A stretch of 64,000 nucleotides of DNA from NCBI GenBank assembly GCA_016699875.1, contig CP064989.1, positions 949,332 to 1,013,331 on the forward strand, in the 5' to 3' direction. The stretch comes from Candidatus Moraniibacteriota bacterium (GTDB lineage: Bacteria > Patescibacteriota > Minisyncoccia > Moranbacterales > UBA1568). Shown piece after piece: positions 30,649-40,830 of the stretch. The notes below the pieces were generated by a model. That model saw nothing but the letters and a program-made list of their open reading frames with translations. It made no database searches and was not told the DNA's origin. Positions within the stretch are counted from its first letter, which is position 1, and the number at the start of each line of letters is the position of its first letter. The position numbers and the translations under genes are program-made.

Positions 30649-31056
30649 ATGGATACTATTGCAAACATGCTCACAAGAATTCGGAATGCTCAGCGGGCGG
30701 GACACGCTTCCGTTACTATCCCTTCGTCCAAAGTGAAATTGGCGATCGCTTCCATACTCGAACGGAAAGGGTTTGTGGAGAAGGTGTCCGAGGAGGAGAC
30801 CGGCAAGGGAATGTCCAAAAATCTTCACATTGTGCTCCGATATCATCGAGTCTCTCCGACAGAGCTTGACCCGGCTATTCGCGAAATTCGCCGTGTGAGT
30901 CGTGGGGGACAGAGAATGTATGTGAAGCACGGGGATATTCGGAAGGTGAAAAATGGCTTCGGTCTTGCCATCGTCTCCACCTCTAAGGGGGTGATGACGG
31001 GAACGGAGGCATATCACTCCGGATTGGGTGGGGAATATCTCTGCCAGGTGTGGTAG
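30649..31056 (+). CDS. rpsH: 30S ribosomal protein S8
   Basis: MDTIANMLTRIRNAQRAGHASVTIPSSKVK. Confidence 0.9.
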   Translation: MDTIANMLTRIRNAQRAGHASVTIPSSKVKLAIASILERKGFVEKVSEEETGKGMSKNLHIVLRYHRVSPTELDPAIREIRRVSRGGQRMYVKHGDIRKVKNGFGLAIVSTSKGVMTGTEAYHSGLGGEYLCQVW

Positions 31057-31117
31057 GTGATCGGTCTTCCTTGGGACTGTACGAGAAGAGAGAAGTCCTG
31101 TAGGATCTTATCTAGCA

Positions 31118-31663
31118 ATGAAGTCTATGAGTAGAATTGGAAAACAACCCGTTACGATCCCTTCCGGCGTTGAAGCGACGCTTTCCGGGAATGTTGTGAC
31201 AATCAAGAGTTCCAAGGGAGTGCTTTCTTTGACACATCACCATGATGTAAAGGTGAAGATAGAGGGGACGGAAGTCTTGGTCGAGAAGCGTATCAACTCG
31301 AAAGCTGCTCCGGCGCTTTGGGGGACAACCACTCGACTGATTCACAATATGGTTGTCGGGGTGACTGAAGGATTTTCGAAGCGCTTGGAACTGAATGGCG
31401 TGGGCTATCGTATGGCGCTTCAGGGTCAGAAATTGGTATTCGCCCTCGGATTCTCGCATCCGGTTGAGGCAACTCTCCCCGGTGGAATATCGGCAAAGAT
31501 AGAGAATAATGTGTTGGAGATCTCTGGTATGGACAAGCAGGCTGTTGGGCAGTTTGCAGCAGAGATAAAGAAGTTGAAACCGGTTGAGCCGTATAAGGGC
31601 AAGGGATTCCGATATGTCGGCGAGACGGTTTTGAAGAAGGAAGGAAAGAAATCAGCCGCTTAA
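31118..31663 (+). CDS. rplF: 50S ribosomal protein L6
   Basis: MSRIGKQPVTIPSGVEATLSGNVVTIKSSKG. Confidence 0.9.
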   Translation: MKSMSRIGKQPVTIPSGVEATLSGNVVTIKSSKGVLSLTHHHDVKVKIEGTEVLVEKRINSKAAPALWGTTTRLIHNMVVGVTEGFSKRLELNGVGYRMALQGQKLVFALGFSHPVEATLPGGISAKIENNVLEISGMDKQAVGQFAAEIKKLKPVEPYKGKGFRYVGETVLKKEGKKSAA

Positions 31664-31675
31664 TCACGAACGGGT

Positions 31676-32035
31676 ATGAAGGGATCACTGACAAAGAAGA
31701 GCGGGCGAACACTTCGGAAGAACCGGGTTCGTGCGCGCATATCCGGAAGTGCGGCACGTCCTCGCCTTTCAGTTTTCCGAAGTCTTCGGGGAATTTCCGT
31801 GCAGGCTATTGATGATGCGAGTGGAAAAACGCTTTGCTCTGCTTATCTCCGTGAGATTAAAGGTGGGAAGATGGAAAATACTGTCGCCGGCGCACACGAA
31901 GTGGGGAAGCTTATTGCTGAGAAGTGTCTTGCGGAAAATATTCATGCCGCACTTTTTGATCGGAGCAGCTATCGATATCATGGTCGTGTACGGGCGGTAG
32001 CGGAGGGAGCTCGAGAGGCTGGATTGACGATATAG
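31676..32035 (+). CDS. rplR: 50S ribosomal protein L18
   Basis: RPRLSVFRSLRGISVQAIDDASGKTL. Confidence 0.9.
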   Translation: MKGSLTKKSGRTLRKNRVRARISGSAARPRLSVFRSLRGISVQAIDDASGKTLCSAYLREIKGGKMENTVAGAHEVGKLIAEKCLAENIHAALFDRSSYRYHGRVRAVAEGAREAGLTI

Positions 32036-32063
32036 CTGAATAATCATCGTAACTTTACTTTGG

Positions 32064-32627
32064 GTGAACGAATCTATGTCCAAGCAGAACAGAAAACCGA
32101 AACGTCGAGAGAAGCCGGAGTATGATCAGAAACTCTTGAACCTTGCTCGTGTGACCCGCGTGGTCAAAGGTGGGCGGCGGTTTCGTTTTCGTGCGACATT
32201 GGTTATTGGAAATCGAAAGGGTAAGGTCGGTGTCGGTGTCGCTAAGGGGTCGGACGTCTCAGATTCCATACAGAAGGCGTTTAATGATGCGAAACGAAAC
32301 ATGGTGTCAGTGATGCTGGATGGATCGACTATTCCTCATGATGTTCGCGAGAAGTTGGGAAGCTCCGTGGTACTTCTGAAGCCGGGTATTCCCGGGCAGG
32401 GCATTATTGCGGGCGGGGCGGTTCGCGCAGTGATGGATTTGGCGGGCATTAAAGATATTGTCTCCAAATCGCTTGGCGCGTCGAATCCGCTCAATGTGGC
32501 TCGAACGACTGTTCGCGCGCTCTCTCAATTTCGCGCAAAGCCAAATATGCGACATGATGATACTGTCTCGGAACCGGCAGTTGTGTCTCCCGACGCATCT
32601 CCTCAGGAAGCTTCGACACCAGCATAA
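32064..32627 (+). CDS. rpsE: 30S ribosomal protein S5
   Basis: LNLARVTRVVKGGRRFRFRATLVIGNRKGKVGVGVAKG. Confidence 0.9.
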   Translation: MNESMSKQNRKPKRREKPEYDQKLLNLARVTRVVKGGRRFRFRATLVIGNRKGKVGVGVAKGSDVSDSIQKAFNDAKRNMVSVMLDGSTIPHDVREKLGSSVVLLKPGIPGQGIIAGGAVRAVMDLAGIKDIVSKSLGASNPLNVARTTVRALSQFRAKPNMRHDDTVSEPAVVSPDASPQEASTPA

Positions 32628-32647
32628 ACTACGACGAACGATTACCT

Positions 32648-33091
32648 ATGCAGATTCATGAAATTTCTTCGGGGGACCGGTTACGGCGGAAACGTGTGGG
32701 GCGCGGCGGAAAACGCGGCACCTATTCCGGGCGCGGAAACAAAGGACAAAAAGCTCGATCAGGAGCACATGTGAACCCGCTTTTCGAGGGTGGACGCGCA
32801 TCTCTGGTTGATCGTCTCAAGAAAGTTCGAGGGTTCAAATCTCCGCATGCCAAGAAGCCGTTTGTAAAGTTCTCGGACATCGCTCGTGTGTTTGTATCTG
32901 GAGAGACAGTCTCAGTGGAAACGCTTATAGCGAAGAAGTTGGCTCCGAGCGATATCGTAAAAAAAGGTGTTAAAATCATTGGTTCGGGAGCGGCGTCGAA
33001 GGGTCTCTCTTTTGATGCGAATCTTTCTTTCTCCGAGAATGTTCGCGAGCTTATCGAGAAATCCGGCGGGAAAATAGTCCCGTTGAAATAG
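32648..33091 (+). CDS. rplO: 50S ribosomal protein L15 (directly after S5; no L30 gene between them)
   Basis: RRKRVGRGGKRGTYSGRGNKGQKARSG. Confidence 0.9.
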   Translation: MQIHEISSGDRLRRKRVGRGGKRGTYSGRGNKGQKARSGAHVNPLFEGGRASLVDRLKKVRGFKSPHAKKPFVKFSDIARVFVSGETVSVETLIAKKLAPSDIVKKGVKIIGSGAASKGLSFDANLSFSENVRELIEKSGGKIVPLK

Positions 33092-33157
33092 TTGCAAGAT
33101 CCGAGAAGTCTTACTTGCATGTTGCGAGGGTGATAACAATCGGAACACAAAAAATCT

Positions 33158-34438
33158 ATGTATGCGGCACTGACTCGTATTCTTTCCGAAAAGGAAATAC
33201 GAAGTAAAATCCTCTTCATTCTCGGCGTGCTTGTTGTCTACCGGATTGCGGCGGTGGTGCCCTTGCCCGGCGTTGATGTGCTGCAACTCCAGCGATTCTT
33301 CGATGAGAATCAGTTTCTTGGTCTCCTCAATGTATTTGCCGGCGGGGGAATTTCCAGTGTCTCTATCGTACTTCTCGGAGTGGCGCCGTATATTACGGCG
33401 TCTATTATTATGCAACTTCTGACGACGGTAGTGCCTCGCCTTGAGCGAATTTACAAGGAAGAAGGTGAAGCTGGACGGCAGAAATTCAATATGGTGACAC
33501 GATGGCTCACCATTCCGCTTGCGGTTATTCAAACATTCAGCATGATTTCTCTTCTTCGGTCGCAAGGCGTGCTGGGTAGTATCACCGCTTTCGATACGGC
33601 GGCAATGGTAATCATAGCGACGGCCGGCACAGTGCTTCTCATGTGGCTCGGTGAGTTGATTACGGAGAAAGGTTTGGGGAATGGTGTTTCGATCATGATA
33701 TTTGCCGGCATTATGGCAGGTATTCCGGGGGTGCTTGCGCGCTTCCTGGATACGTTTGGGCAGAATCCCGATGATTTTTTCAACAATATCGTTTTTGCCG
33801 TCGTGGCGCTTCTCATGGTGGCGGGCATCGTATTTGTCAATGAGGCGCAACGCACGATTCCGATTTCCTATGCCAAGCGTATCCGTGGCGGCATCGCTTC
33901 CGCCGGTACGTCGACGCATCTGCCGCTTCGCGTCAATCAAGCAGGGGTCATCCCGATTATCTTTGCCGTGTCTCTCATTATTTTGCCGAATGTGATTGCT
34001 GGATATCTCATGAAGACAGCGACCAATCCGACTGTTGCCCATGTTGCATCGAGCGCTTACTACCTTTTCCAGAACCAGTGGTTTTACGGGATATTCTACT
34101 TCTCATTGGTGGTCATTTTCACCTACTTCTATACCGCAGTGATCTTTGATCCGACAAAAATTTCTGAGAACTTGCAGAAGCAGGGTGGCTATGTGCCTGG
34201 CATACGACCGGGAACGCCGACTGTGGAGTATCTCTCAAAAGTGCTGGGACATGTGACGCTGGTAGGCGCGGTATTCTTGGGAACGGTCGCTGCGTTGCCG
34301 GTCGCTGTGCGCGGACTTACCGGTGTGCAGTCTCTTACTATCGGAGGTATCAGCATCTTGATTGTTGTATCTGTGGTACTTGAGATGGTCAAGCATGTGC
34401 AGAGCCAGCTCGCCATGCGAAGCTACGAGGGGTTCTGA
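33158..34438 (+). CDS. secY: Preprotein translocase subunit SecY
   Basis: 10-TM topology, plug and hinge motifs (GGISSVSIVLLGVAPYITASII...). Confidence 0.95.
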   Translation: MYAALTRILSEKEIRSKILFILGVLVVYRIAAVVPLPGVDVLQLQRFFDENQFLGLLNVFAGGGISSVSIVLLGVAPYITASIIMQLLTTVVPRLERIYKEEGEAGRQKFNMVTRWLTIPLAVIQTFSMISLLRSQGVLGSITAFDTAAMVIIATAGTVLLMWLGELITEKGLGNGVSIMIFAGIMAGIPGVLARFLDTFGQNPDDFFNNIVFAVVALLMVAGIVFVNEAQRTIPISYAKRIRGGIASAGTSTHLPLRVNQAGVIPIIFAVSLIILPNVIAGYLMKTATNPTVAHVASSAYYLFQNQWFYGIFYFSLVVIFTYFYTAVIFDPTKISENLQKQGGYVPGIRPGTPTVEYLSKVLGHVTLVGAVFLGTVAALPVAVRGLTGVQSLTIGGISILIVVSVVLEMVKHVQSQLAMRSYEGF

Positions 34439-34488
34439 GAATCCGCTCGATTGGTGTTGCCGTATCTTTATCCCCTTGTCTATTCTTC

Positions 34489-35151
34489 ATGAATAAGCCA
34501 TTCACTATCATTTTGTTGGGGCCGCCGGGAAGCGGAAAGAGCACGCAGGCGGATTTCTTGGTTCGGGAATTGAATGCGGTTCATGTTGATATTGGTCTTG
34601 CGCTTCGGAAAACAGCGGAGATGCATACGCCTCTCGGCGAACGGGTTGCCGACATTATGAATCGTCGGAACGAGTTGGTTCCCGATGACATCGTCGAAGA
34701 AGTGCTCTCCGGTGCGCTGGCATCGGTTCCTTCGGAAAAACTGGTCGTGGTTGACGGTGCGCCGCGTTGCTCGACACAAATTGGGATTATCGATGGCATA
34801 TTGCAGACATTTGAACGAAAAGTCAATCTTGCTGTCTATGTCGCGCTTTCGGAAGAAGAGTCGGTGCGTCGTATTTCGCGTCGATGGATGTGTCCGCAAT
34901 GCAACCGACCGTTTGTGTCGGGGGTGGACTTTCGAGAGGGAAATGCTCTCTGTCCGTCGTGTCATATCCCTCTGTCGCGCCGGAAGGATGACACGGAAGA
35001 GGGAGTCCGTAAGCGGTTTCAGGTATTCGCTTTAAATACGCTTCCGGTTGTGGAACACTACCGTCGGACCGGCGCGCTTCTTGAAGTCGATGGCACCAAG
35101 GACCCGATCGCACTCTTTGGGGATATACGAGAACAGGTCGTTTTTCATTAA
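34489..35151 (+). CDS. adk: Adenylate kinase (zinc-binding LID: CPQC...CPSC)
   Basis: LLGPPGSGKSTQ Walker A, LID with 4 Cys. Confidence 0.9.
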   Translation: MNKPFTIILLGPPGSGKSTQADFLVRELNAVHVDIGLALRKTAEMHTPLGERVADIMNRRNELVPDDIVEEVLSGALASVPSEKLVVVDGAPRCSTQIGIIDGILQTFERKVNLAVYVALSEEESVRRISRRWMCPQCNRPFVSGVDFREGNALCPSCHIPLSRRKDDTEEGVRKRFQVFALNTLPVVEHYRRTGALLEVDGTKDPIALFGDIREQVVFH

Positions 35152-35163
35152 CGCACGAGTGTT

Positions 35164-35934
35164 ATGCAACTCAAAAACAAAGCTCAGATGGACTCGCTCC
35201 GAGAGAGTGGGAAGCGTCTTGAAATGGTGATGCGAAAAGTGGCGGAAGCGATTCGTCCGGGAGTTTCTACGGCGGAACTCGATGCGCTTGCCGAGCAAAC
35301 CATCCGGAAACTCGAGAGCGAGCCGGTATTTAAAGGCTATGGTGAGGAATATGGCAAGCCTTTTCCGGCTTCGATTTGTACCTCGATCAACGATGAGGTG
35401 GTGCATGGTATTCCGCGGAAAGAACGAGTCGTCCGAGAGGGCGACCTGGTGAAGATAGATATGGGGCTTCGCTTTCAGGGTATGGTGACGGATATGGCGC
35501 GGACATTCGCTCTCGGAGATGTGTCCGACGAAGCGGCGCGCTTGGTGCGTGTGACCGAGGAGAGTCTCCTGCGAGGCGTGAGTGCGGTGAAGGTTGGCGG
35601 ACGGCTCTCTGACTATGCGAAAGCCGTGCAACATCATGTCGAGGAAAACGGCTTCTCGGTGGTGCGCGATCTGGTGGGGCATGGCGTCGGCTTCGAACTT
35701 CACGAACTGCCGCGGATTCCCAACTATTTTTTCTCCGGTATGAAAGATGCGATCTTTCGTGTCGGCATGGCGGTCGCCTTCGAGCCGATGGTAAATGTTG
35801 GCGGATACGAAGTGCGTCTCGGCAAAGACGGCTGGGTCTTCACGACTGAGGACGGGAGTTTGAGTGCCCACTTCGAAGACACGGTGATCATTACCGACCA
35901 TGGCATCGAAATCGTCACTCGCAGCGGGAAGTGA
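35164..35934 (+). CDS. map: Methionine aminopeptidase type I
   Basis: Pita-bread fold motifs (TSINDEVVHGIP, DLVKIDMG, HGVGFELHE). Confidence 0.9.
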   Translation: MQLKNKAQMDSLRESGKRLEMVMRKVAEAIRPGVSTAELDALAEQTIRKLESEPVFKGYGEEYGKPFPASICTSINDEVVHGIPRKERVVREGDLVKIDMGLRFQGMVTDMARTFALGDVSDEAARLVRVTEESLLRGVSAVKVGGRLSDYAKAVQHHVEENGFSVVRDLVGHGVGFELHELPRIPNYFFSGMKDAIFRVGMAVAFEPMVNVGGYEVRLGKDGWVFTTEDGSLSAHFEDTVIITDHGIEIVTRSGK

Positions 35935-35976
35935 GTCTCTCTTTTTTGTCCAGAGTCTCTGCTTCCAACAAAAACT

Positions 35977-36003
35977 GCCTTAAGCTTAAGGCGGTTTTCT
36001 GTT
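35977..36003 (+). terminator. Rho-independent terminator closing the ribosomal operon after map
   Basis: gccttaagcttaaggc palindrome followed by ggttttctgttt. Confidence 0.6.
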
Positions 36004-36085
36004 TCATTGCATCCTACCTTTATATTTCTTTGCTGCTACTGTACCGTGACTTGACAGAATATAATACTTCGAATACGATAATTCC

Positions 36086-37039
36086 ATGTTGAAAAGATTA
36101 CTGATTATTCTTAGCATAGTATTTGGCACGCTTGTTGCTGGAGTCTCATTCGTATTGATAAATGGAAAAAAGTTTGGGCAGGATGATGGACTGGGAAATT
36201 ATCGAGTTTCCCCTATTCCGGCTGAACAACCTTCTGAATCTGTTACTACTGCGGGGAGCACGAATGGTGCTGATTTTAACTCCTACAACAAAATACTTCC
36301 TGAACAAAAAATAACCGGCGTACAAGATATTGAAGGACCATACAAAAAGGTCACTGTGAGTAATGGAGAAGTCACGTTTTCTTTCGAAGTCCCGGATCAT
36401 TGGTTGACCGAACTTCGCAATTCCGGAGAGGTTCAGATGAATGAAGAGGAGTTGAGGGAGTTTCTGGGAACGAAATGGGATGGGGATATTCGATCCGGAA
36501 AAGTGTGCGGAGACACGAAGGTATTTGACAGGGAGATTGGTGATTTTGTTACGAAAGAATCCTGTTCATATCCGGTTGGGGATTACTGGGATTTCACATG
36601 GGGTATGTTGAAGGATATGTCGTATAGCGAAATGAAGAGTTACTACGCCAAGATGCGTGACGAACTCTCTTCCGGATTTCCAAATGCAACAGTAACATCT
36701 GACAATAAGATTTGGTACACGGATATCGGCTGGGACCAAGTGAACTTCTATATTCTTGATAAAGTGTCTGATTCTCAATACATAAAAAGTGTTACTTCTT
36801 TCTGTGATAACACGGATTGTCTCAAGGAAAGATACCTTAAATATACTCTGGATGTTGAGAAGAAAGCCGAGAGAGATGAACATGGAGACGTTATCGTAGA
36901 CAAGGGGCATATGTATGGGTTTTCGCAAATGATGAATCTTGCCGATAACAAAGTTCTCCGTATTTGGAAAGAAGCGTATGTGCCTGGTGAATTTGAAGAG
37001 GGAACGAAACATCTCATAGATACGCTTACGTTCGAATAA
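36086..37039 (+). CDS. Membrane-anchored (N-terminal TM) hypothetical extracellular protein, paralog family A
   Basis: MLKRLLIILSIVFGTLVAGVSFVL TM; ...VTFSFEVPDHW motif shared with the next two genes; AT-rich relative to flanks. Confidence 0.5.
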   Translation: MLKRLLIILSIVFGTLVAGVSFVLINGKKFGQDDGLGNYRVSPIPAEQPSESVTTAGSTNGADFNSYNKILPEQKITGVQDIEGPYKKVTVSNGEVTFSFEVPDHWLTELRNSGEVQMNEEELREFLGTKWDGDIRSGKVCGDTKVFDREIGDFVTKESCSYPVGDYWDFTWGMLKDMSYSEMKSYYAKMRDELSSGFPNATVTSDNKIWYTDIGWDQVNFYILDKVSDSQYIKSVTSFCDNTDCLKERYLKYTLDVEKKAERDEHGDVIVDKGHMYGFSQMMNLADNKVLRIWKEAYVPGEFEEGTKHLIDTLTFE

Positions 37040-37089
37040 GTTGTTTTTCTATAAGAATTCTTGAGTTTGTAGAAAAGGTTGCGTGGTGC

Positions 37090-37118
37090 TTGACAATTTT
37101 CCCTTCCTTCGTTAAATT
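37090..37118 (+). promoter_or_regulatory. Sigma70-type promoter GGTGCTTGACAA-N17-TAAATT
   Basis: ttgaca 37090-37095, taaatt 37113-37118, 12 nt before ATG 37130. Confidence 0.5.
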
Positions 37119-37129
37119 TCCTTTATTTT

Positions 37130-37792
37130 ATGTCGAAAAAGACACTTTTTCTTGTAGTCCTTCTTCTTTTTGCCATTCTTGGATGGTGGCTTCTGCTCCA
37201 TGTTCAGAAGAACGCTCAGAATACGCCGGAAGAATCGATTGCAAATTCAAGACGGTCAATGCAGGTGGTAGAAAAGTTACAAGAAGCTCAAGCTTCTGAT
37301 GGTGGTGTAGAAGGATCCACTTGGAAAACGTATACAGTAGGAGACTTTAAGTTTCAGATGAATATTCCCTCTGGAATAAGTGATAATTTGATGATTTTCG
37401 AAGAGAAAGTAAAGGAGGAACATAGTTTTTATGGAAGTGCCACAGAAAGCATTCTTTGGTTTTCCTACCCTTTGGATAGGGCTATTCCAAGATCTGATCG
37501 TGATTTAAGTTTGGGAAAAATTGATAGGATGGAGGTATGGTATATTGACGTGATTCCGGTGAGTGATTGGAGAGAAGGCATTTGTGATGGAAAACCTCTT
37601 TGTCGGCAAGGGAGGGTCATTGCGAGAGATGACTCATATGTTTTTGAATCCGGATTTAGGAGTGTCGAAGGTGCAGGGAGATTATGTCTAGATTATAGTG
37701 ATGTTCAAAAGAGTTTCTGTGAGTCTTACAAAGGATTGATTGATTTCGTAGAAAGCAATCGCTTTAAATTTTCCTTGGGACAGGGAAGATAA
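37130..37792 (+). CDS. Membrane-anchored hypothetical extracellular protein, paralog family A
   Basis: MSKKTLFLVVLLLFAILGWWLLL TM; TWKTYTVGDFKFQMNIP motif. Confidence 0.5.
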   Translation: MSKKTLFLVVLLLFAILGWWLLLHVQKNAQNTPEESIANSRRSMQVVEKLQEAQASDGGVEGSTWKTYTVGDFKFQMNIPSGISDNLMIFEEKVKEEHSFYGSATESILWFSYPLDRAIPRSDRDLSLGKIDRMEVWYIDVIPVSDWREGICDGKPLCRQGRVIARDDSYVFESGFRSVEGAGRLCLDYSDVQKSFCESYKGLIDFVESNRFKFSLGQGR

Positions 37793-38017
37793 AAAGGATA
37801 TTCTGTAGGAAGTGGGTGTCCTACTTCTCTATTTGCTATTGCTGGTGAGTATACTCAATATTAGTGAGAATTTGTGATATCCTTCGAATAATTCATCTTC
37901 TTGAATCTCTCTTCGGGTCATATTCTCTGTGGCTTGCTGCGGACTATCTCCGGCGAAACAGGAGAGAGGGGGTATACCGAGCTCATGAGTCTTTTCATCG
38001 ACGAGTTTGTTTGGTGC

Positions 38018-38046
38018 TTGACAACATTCTTTTTCTCTACTAGATT
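38018..38046 (+). promoter_or_regulatory. Sigma70-type promoter GGTGCTTGACAA-N17-TAGATT
   Basis: ttgaca 38018-38023, tagatt 38041-38046, just upstream of ATG 38053. Confidence 0.5.
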
Positions 38047-38052
38047 CTCTTT

Positions 38053-38643
38053 ATGTCTAGAAAGATGATTGGCATTTCGATTCTTCTTTCTTTGTCTTTC
38101 GCTGTTTTCAGCGGATGGTTTGTGCTTCGTGATCAGGATGATCAGAGAGTATTGAGACAATCATCACCTGTAGTATCAGATCAGTCAGCGCAGCCAGAGA
38201 ATGCCTGGGTTTCTGGTGTTCCGGGCTCTTCAAATTGGAAAATATACCGGAATGAGGAATATGGGTTTGAGATACAATATCCGATGGAGTGGGCAGTAAG
38301 GCGAGAGGACAACGATATTTTTCTCGGCCCTAATGACTCGGAAAGAGTTGTCCCGCTATTGAGACTAACAGTTGAGAAGAATAAGGATATTAAAGAATGG
38401 GTTCGTGATCTTAGAAATGATAAACCTTCTTCTCCCTACAAGAATATAATTTCTCAAGAAGATCATAATGTAGGAGGAAATGATGGTGTAAAGATCATTT
38501 ACAGCACTGACATTGGTCTTAACGAAGAGGCGGTTTTGGTTCGAATTGGTAATGGGAGTCTGGCAGTCTTTTCGTTTCCAAGCGAGAATAACATCTCATC
38601 GTACTATGAAACAGTTATTCAGACGTTCCGGCTAAACCCCTGA
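38053..38643 (+). CDS. Membrane-anchored hypothetical extracellular protein, paralog family A
   Basis: MSRKMIGISILLSLSFAVFSGWFVL TM; NWKIYRNEEYGFEIQYPMEW motif. Confidence 0.5.
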   Translation: MSRKMIGISILLSLSFAVFSGWFVLRDQDDQRVLRQSSPVVSDQSAQPENAWVSGVPGSSNWKIYRNEEYGFEIQYPMEWAVRREDNDIFLGPNDSERVVPLLRLTVEKNKDIKEWVRDLRNDKPSSPYKNIISQEDHNVGGNDGVKIIYSTDIGLNEEAVLVRIGNGSLAVFSFPSENNISSYYETVIQTFRLNP

Positions 38644-38764
38644 AGTGCAGCATGAAGCCATCTCCCAAATCGTGTCTTGGAAAAGACATTGTTTGGGTCC
38701 ATGGCTTTCTGTGAGGAGGCTCTCGGAGAGTGTTCTTTCAAAACTGAAATAGGGAACGAAAACT

Positions 38765-39981
38765 GTGAATGTGCTTGCTTGGTTGATGTTTGTTGCTGGA
38801 GTTATATTTTCCAGCGCTACCTATGCTTACAATGTTGCTGATAGCTTCCGCTTTCCGCTGGATGATTATGCCGTAGGTTGCAACCCATATTGGGGAACAT
38901 GCGTAAAAGCGTGGCATTTGGGAGAAGATGCCGGAGCATCGGCAAAGACAAAGGTGAAAGCAATTGCCAATGGAATTGTAAAGGAAGCGAGAAAGGCAGA
39001 TGGTTACGGCGGTGTTTATATTATTGAACATACTTTGGCTAGTGGTGAAAAAGTTGTATCGATAATCGGACACCTAAACATCGACTCCTTTACGAAGAAG
39101 GTTGGTGACGAGGTTAGCAAGGGGGATGTCTTGGGAGAGGTTGGGACGTCGTCTCAAAATGGTGGATGGTCAGAGCATGTGCACACAGGAATCCATAAGG
39201 GATCCTATGGAAATGGTAAGAAATGTGGCTCTGACTGGATATATGCGGGCTATACGTCCTGTGGTTTTATAAAGGACGAATGGTATGATCCGAGCACTTT
39301 TATTCGGAGTCTTTATTCAAGTTCCGATCCTATGTGCTCCCGTCTTAACTCGAGGTTTTTGCTCTGTTGGAAGTTTGGGGTTGATAGTTCGTGCCAAGGA
39401 GGAGAAGGTTGGTCACTGTATGACTTTGATACGATGTCAACTGTTCGATTGCCAGATAACCATTATTGTCCAGTTAATGCTGATGGTGCTGGCGGATCTG
39501 AATCTCCCGCTCCCCCTCCCATCACTGGCGGCAAACACTCCGGCGACCTTCCCAACCTCATCGTCCACGAACTCTCCCTCGTGAGAGAAGACAACCGTGA
39601 CAGTCCCCAACTCTCCCAAATCCATATCGGAGAACGAAGCTATTGCAATATCCAGGTGAAAAACATCGGAGAAGCCGGAGCGTGGGGCACTTGGGCGAAT
39701 CGGTGCTATCTTTCCAAGGGAAACTACCGCGATCACGATCCCGATAACCTCGGACATGAGAGCATGGAAGATTTAGCGACCGGGCAATCCCGAAGAGTCT
39801 ACCAAATCATCCCCGCTTTCGAGTATCCGGGAACCTTCAATATTACCGCGTGCGCGGATACGGACGGGAGCGGCGAAGACAAAGCAATTACCGAATCCGA
39901 CGAAGGTGACAACTGTCATGACGAGGTTCGGTTCACGGTGGTGAGCAATCCGAATCTTGCGACGACAGTGATCAGTCTTGA
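38765..39981 (+). pseudogene. 5' part of an IS-disrupted gene: secreted M23-family metallopeptidase (HxGxD ... HxH) with CARDB-type repeat domains
   Basis: Signal peptide MNVLAWLMFVAGVIFSSATYA; WHLGEDAGA...GGVYIIEH...SIIGHL...HVHTGIH (M23 motifs); repeats with ACADTDGSGED...DEGDNCHDE; the annotated ORF continues into the IS as read-through. Confidence 0.65.
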
Positions 39982-40830
39982 GAACCTGTTTACAATCTTT
40001 TCAACAACAATCGAGCAAAACTTAAAACCATCATCTGTAAGCTCGAATCCAGTGTCCGTTCGCAATTCTTCCAGAGCCTTCGGCATTTCTCCAGCCAGGA
40101 GAAGCTTCTCTCGACCACCCAGCGCTGAGGAAGAACGGCAAACGTATGCAATTCGTTTCGTTTAGCTACTCCCACTTCCGCACCGATACATGCTTTGATC
40201 GCTTTGGCGAAGTTTTCTCCGGTATAACTACCATCAGTCAAGAGTTTCTCCACCCGTGAAAGGTGTTTTTTGTTTGCCTTGACGGCTTGGATAGCTCCAT
40301 TTCGATCAGTGACGTTAGCAGTGGTTACCGTGAACGCATGCGGCAATCCGTTGGTGTCAACGAGAATATGTCGCTTGATACCGGAAACTTTTTTTCCTGC
40401 ATCATAACCTTTTTCTCGAGCCGTATCTGTATTCTTGACACTTTGAGCATCAACGATGCAGAAACTGGTTTTGCATTGTTTGCCATTTTTCATACGTTCT
40501 TGTTCGACCAATTTTTTTTAAGACTTGCTCAAGCATACTCTCTGTCTGTTTGTTTTTTCGTTCCTTCCAGACAAGGAAGTGTCGATAGACACTCTGCCAT
40601 TTTGGATAATCCTTGGGAAGTGCCCTCCATTGGCAACCCGTGACCAGAATGTAGAGCAGAGCGTTGAATACGTCATAGGAATCAAGTGTCTTTGGTTTGG
40701 TTCTCTTCCTGGTTGATTCGAGAAATGGTCTGATGTGTTCGAATTGTTCTCGGGTTATGTCGCTTGGATACATGGTTCTTTTGGTTTGAGGATTATGTCC
40801 TCAGTGTACCAGAAGATTGTAAACAGGTTC
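39982..40830 (-). mobile_element. IS5-family insertion sequence, copy 2, 849 bp (one extra T versus copy 1), same 18-bp IRs, 3-bp TSD TGA; inserted inside the M23/CARDB gene
   Basis: gaacctgtttacaatctt at 39982; ...aagattgtaaacaggttc ending 40830; direct tga at 39979-39981 and 40831-40833. Confidence 0.85.
39990..40773 (-). pseudogene. IS5-family transposase split into 107-aa and 173-aa ORFs by +1 T in the T7 run (T8 at 40512-40519)
   Basis: ORFs 40450-40773 and 39990-40511 together reproduce the 260-aa transposase of copy 1 except for the frame change at tta-aaa-aaa-(a). Confidence 0.8.
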
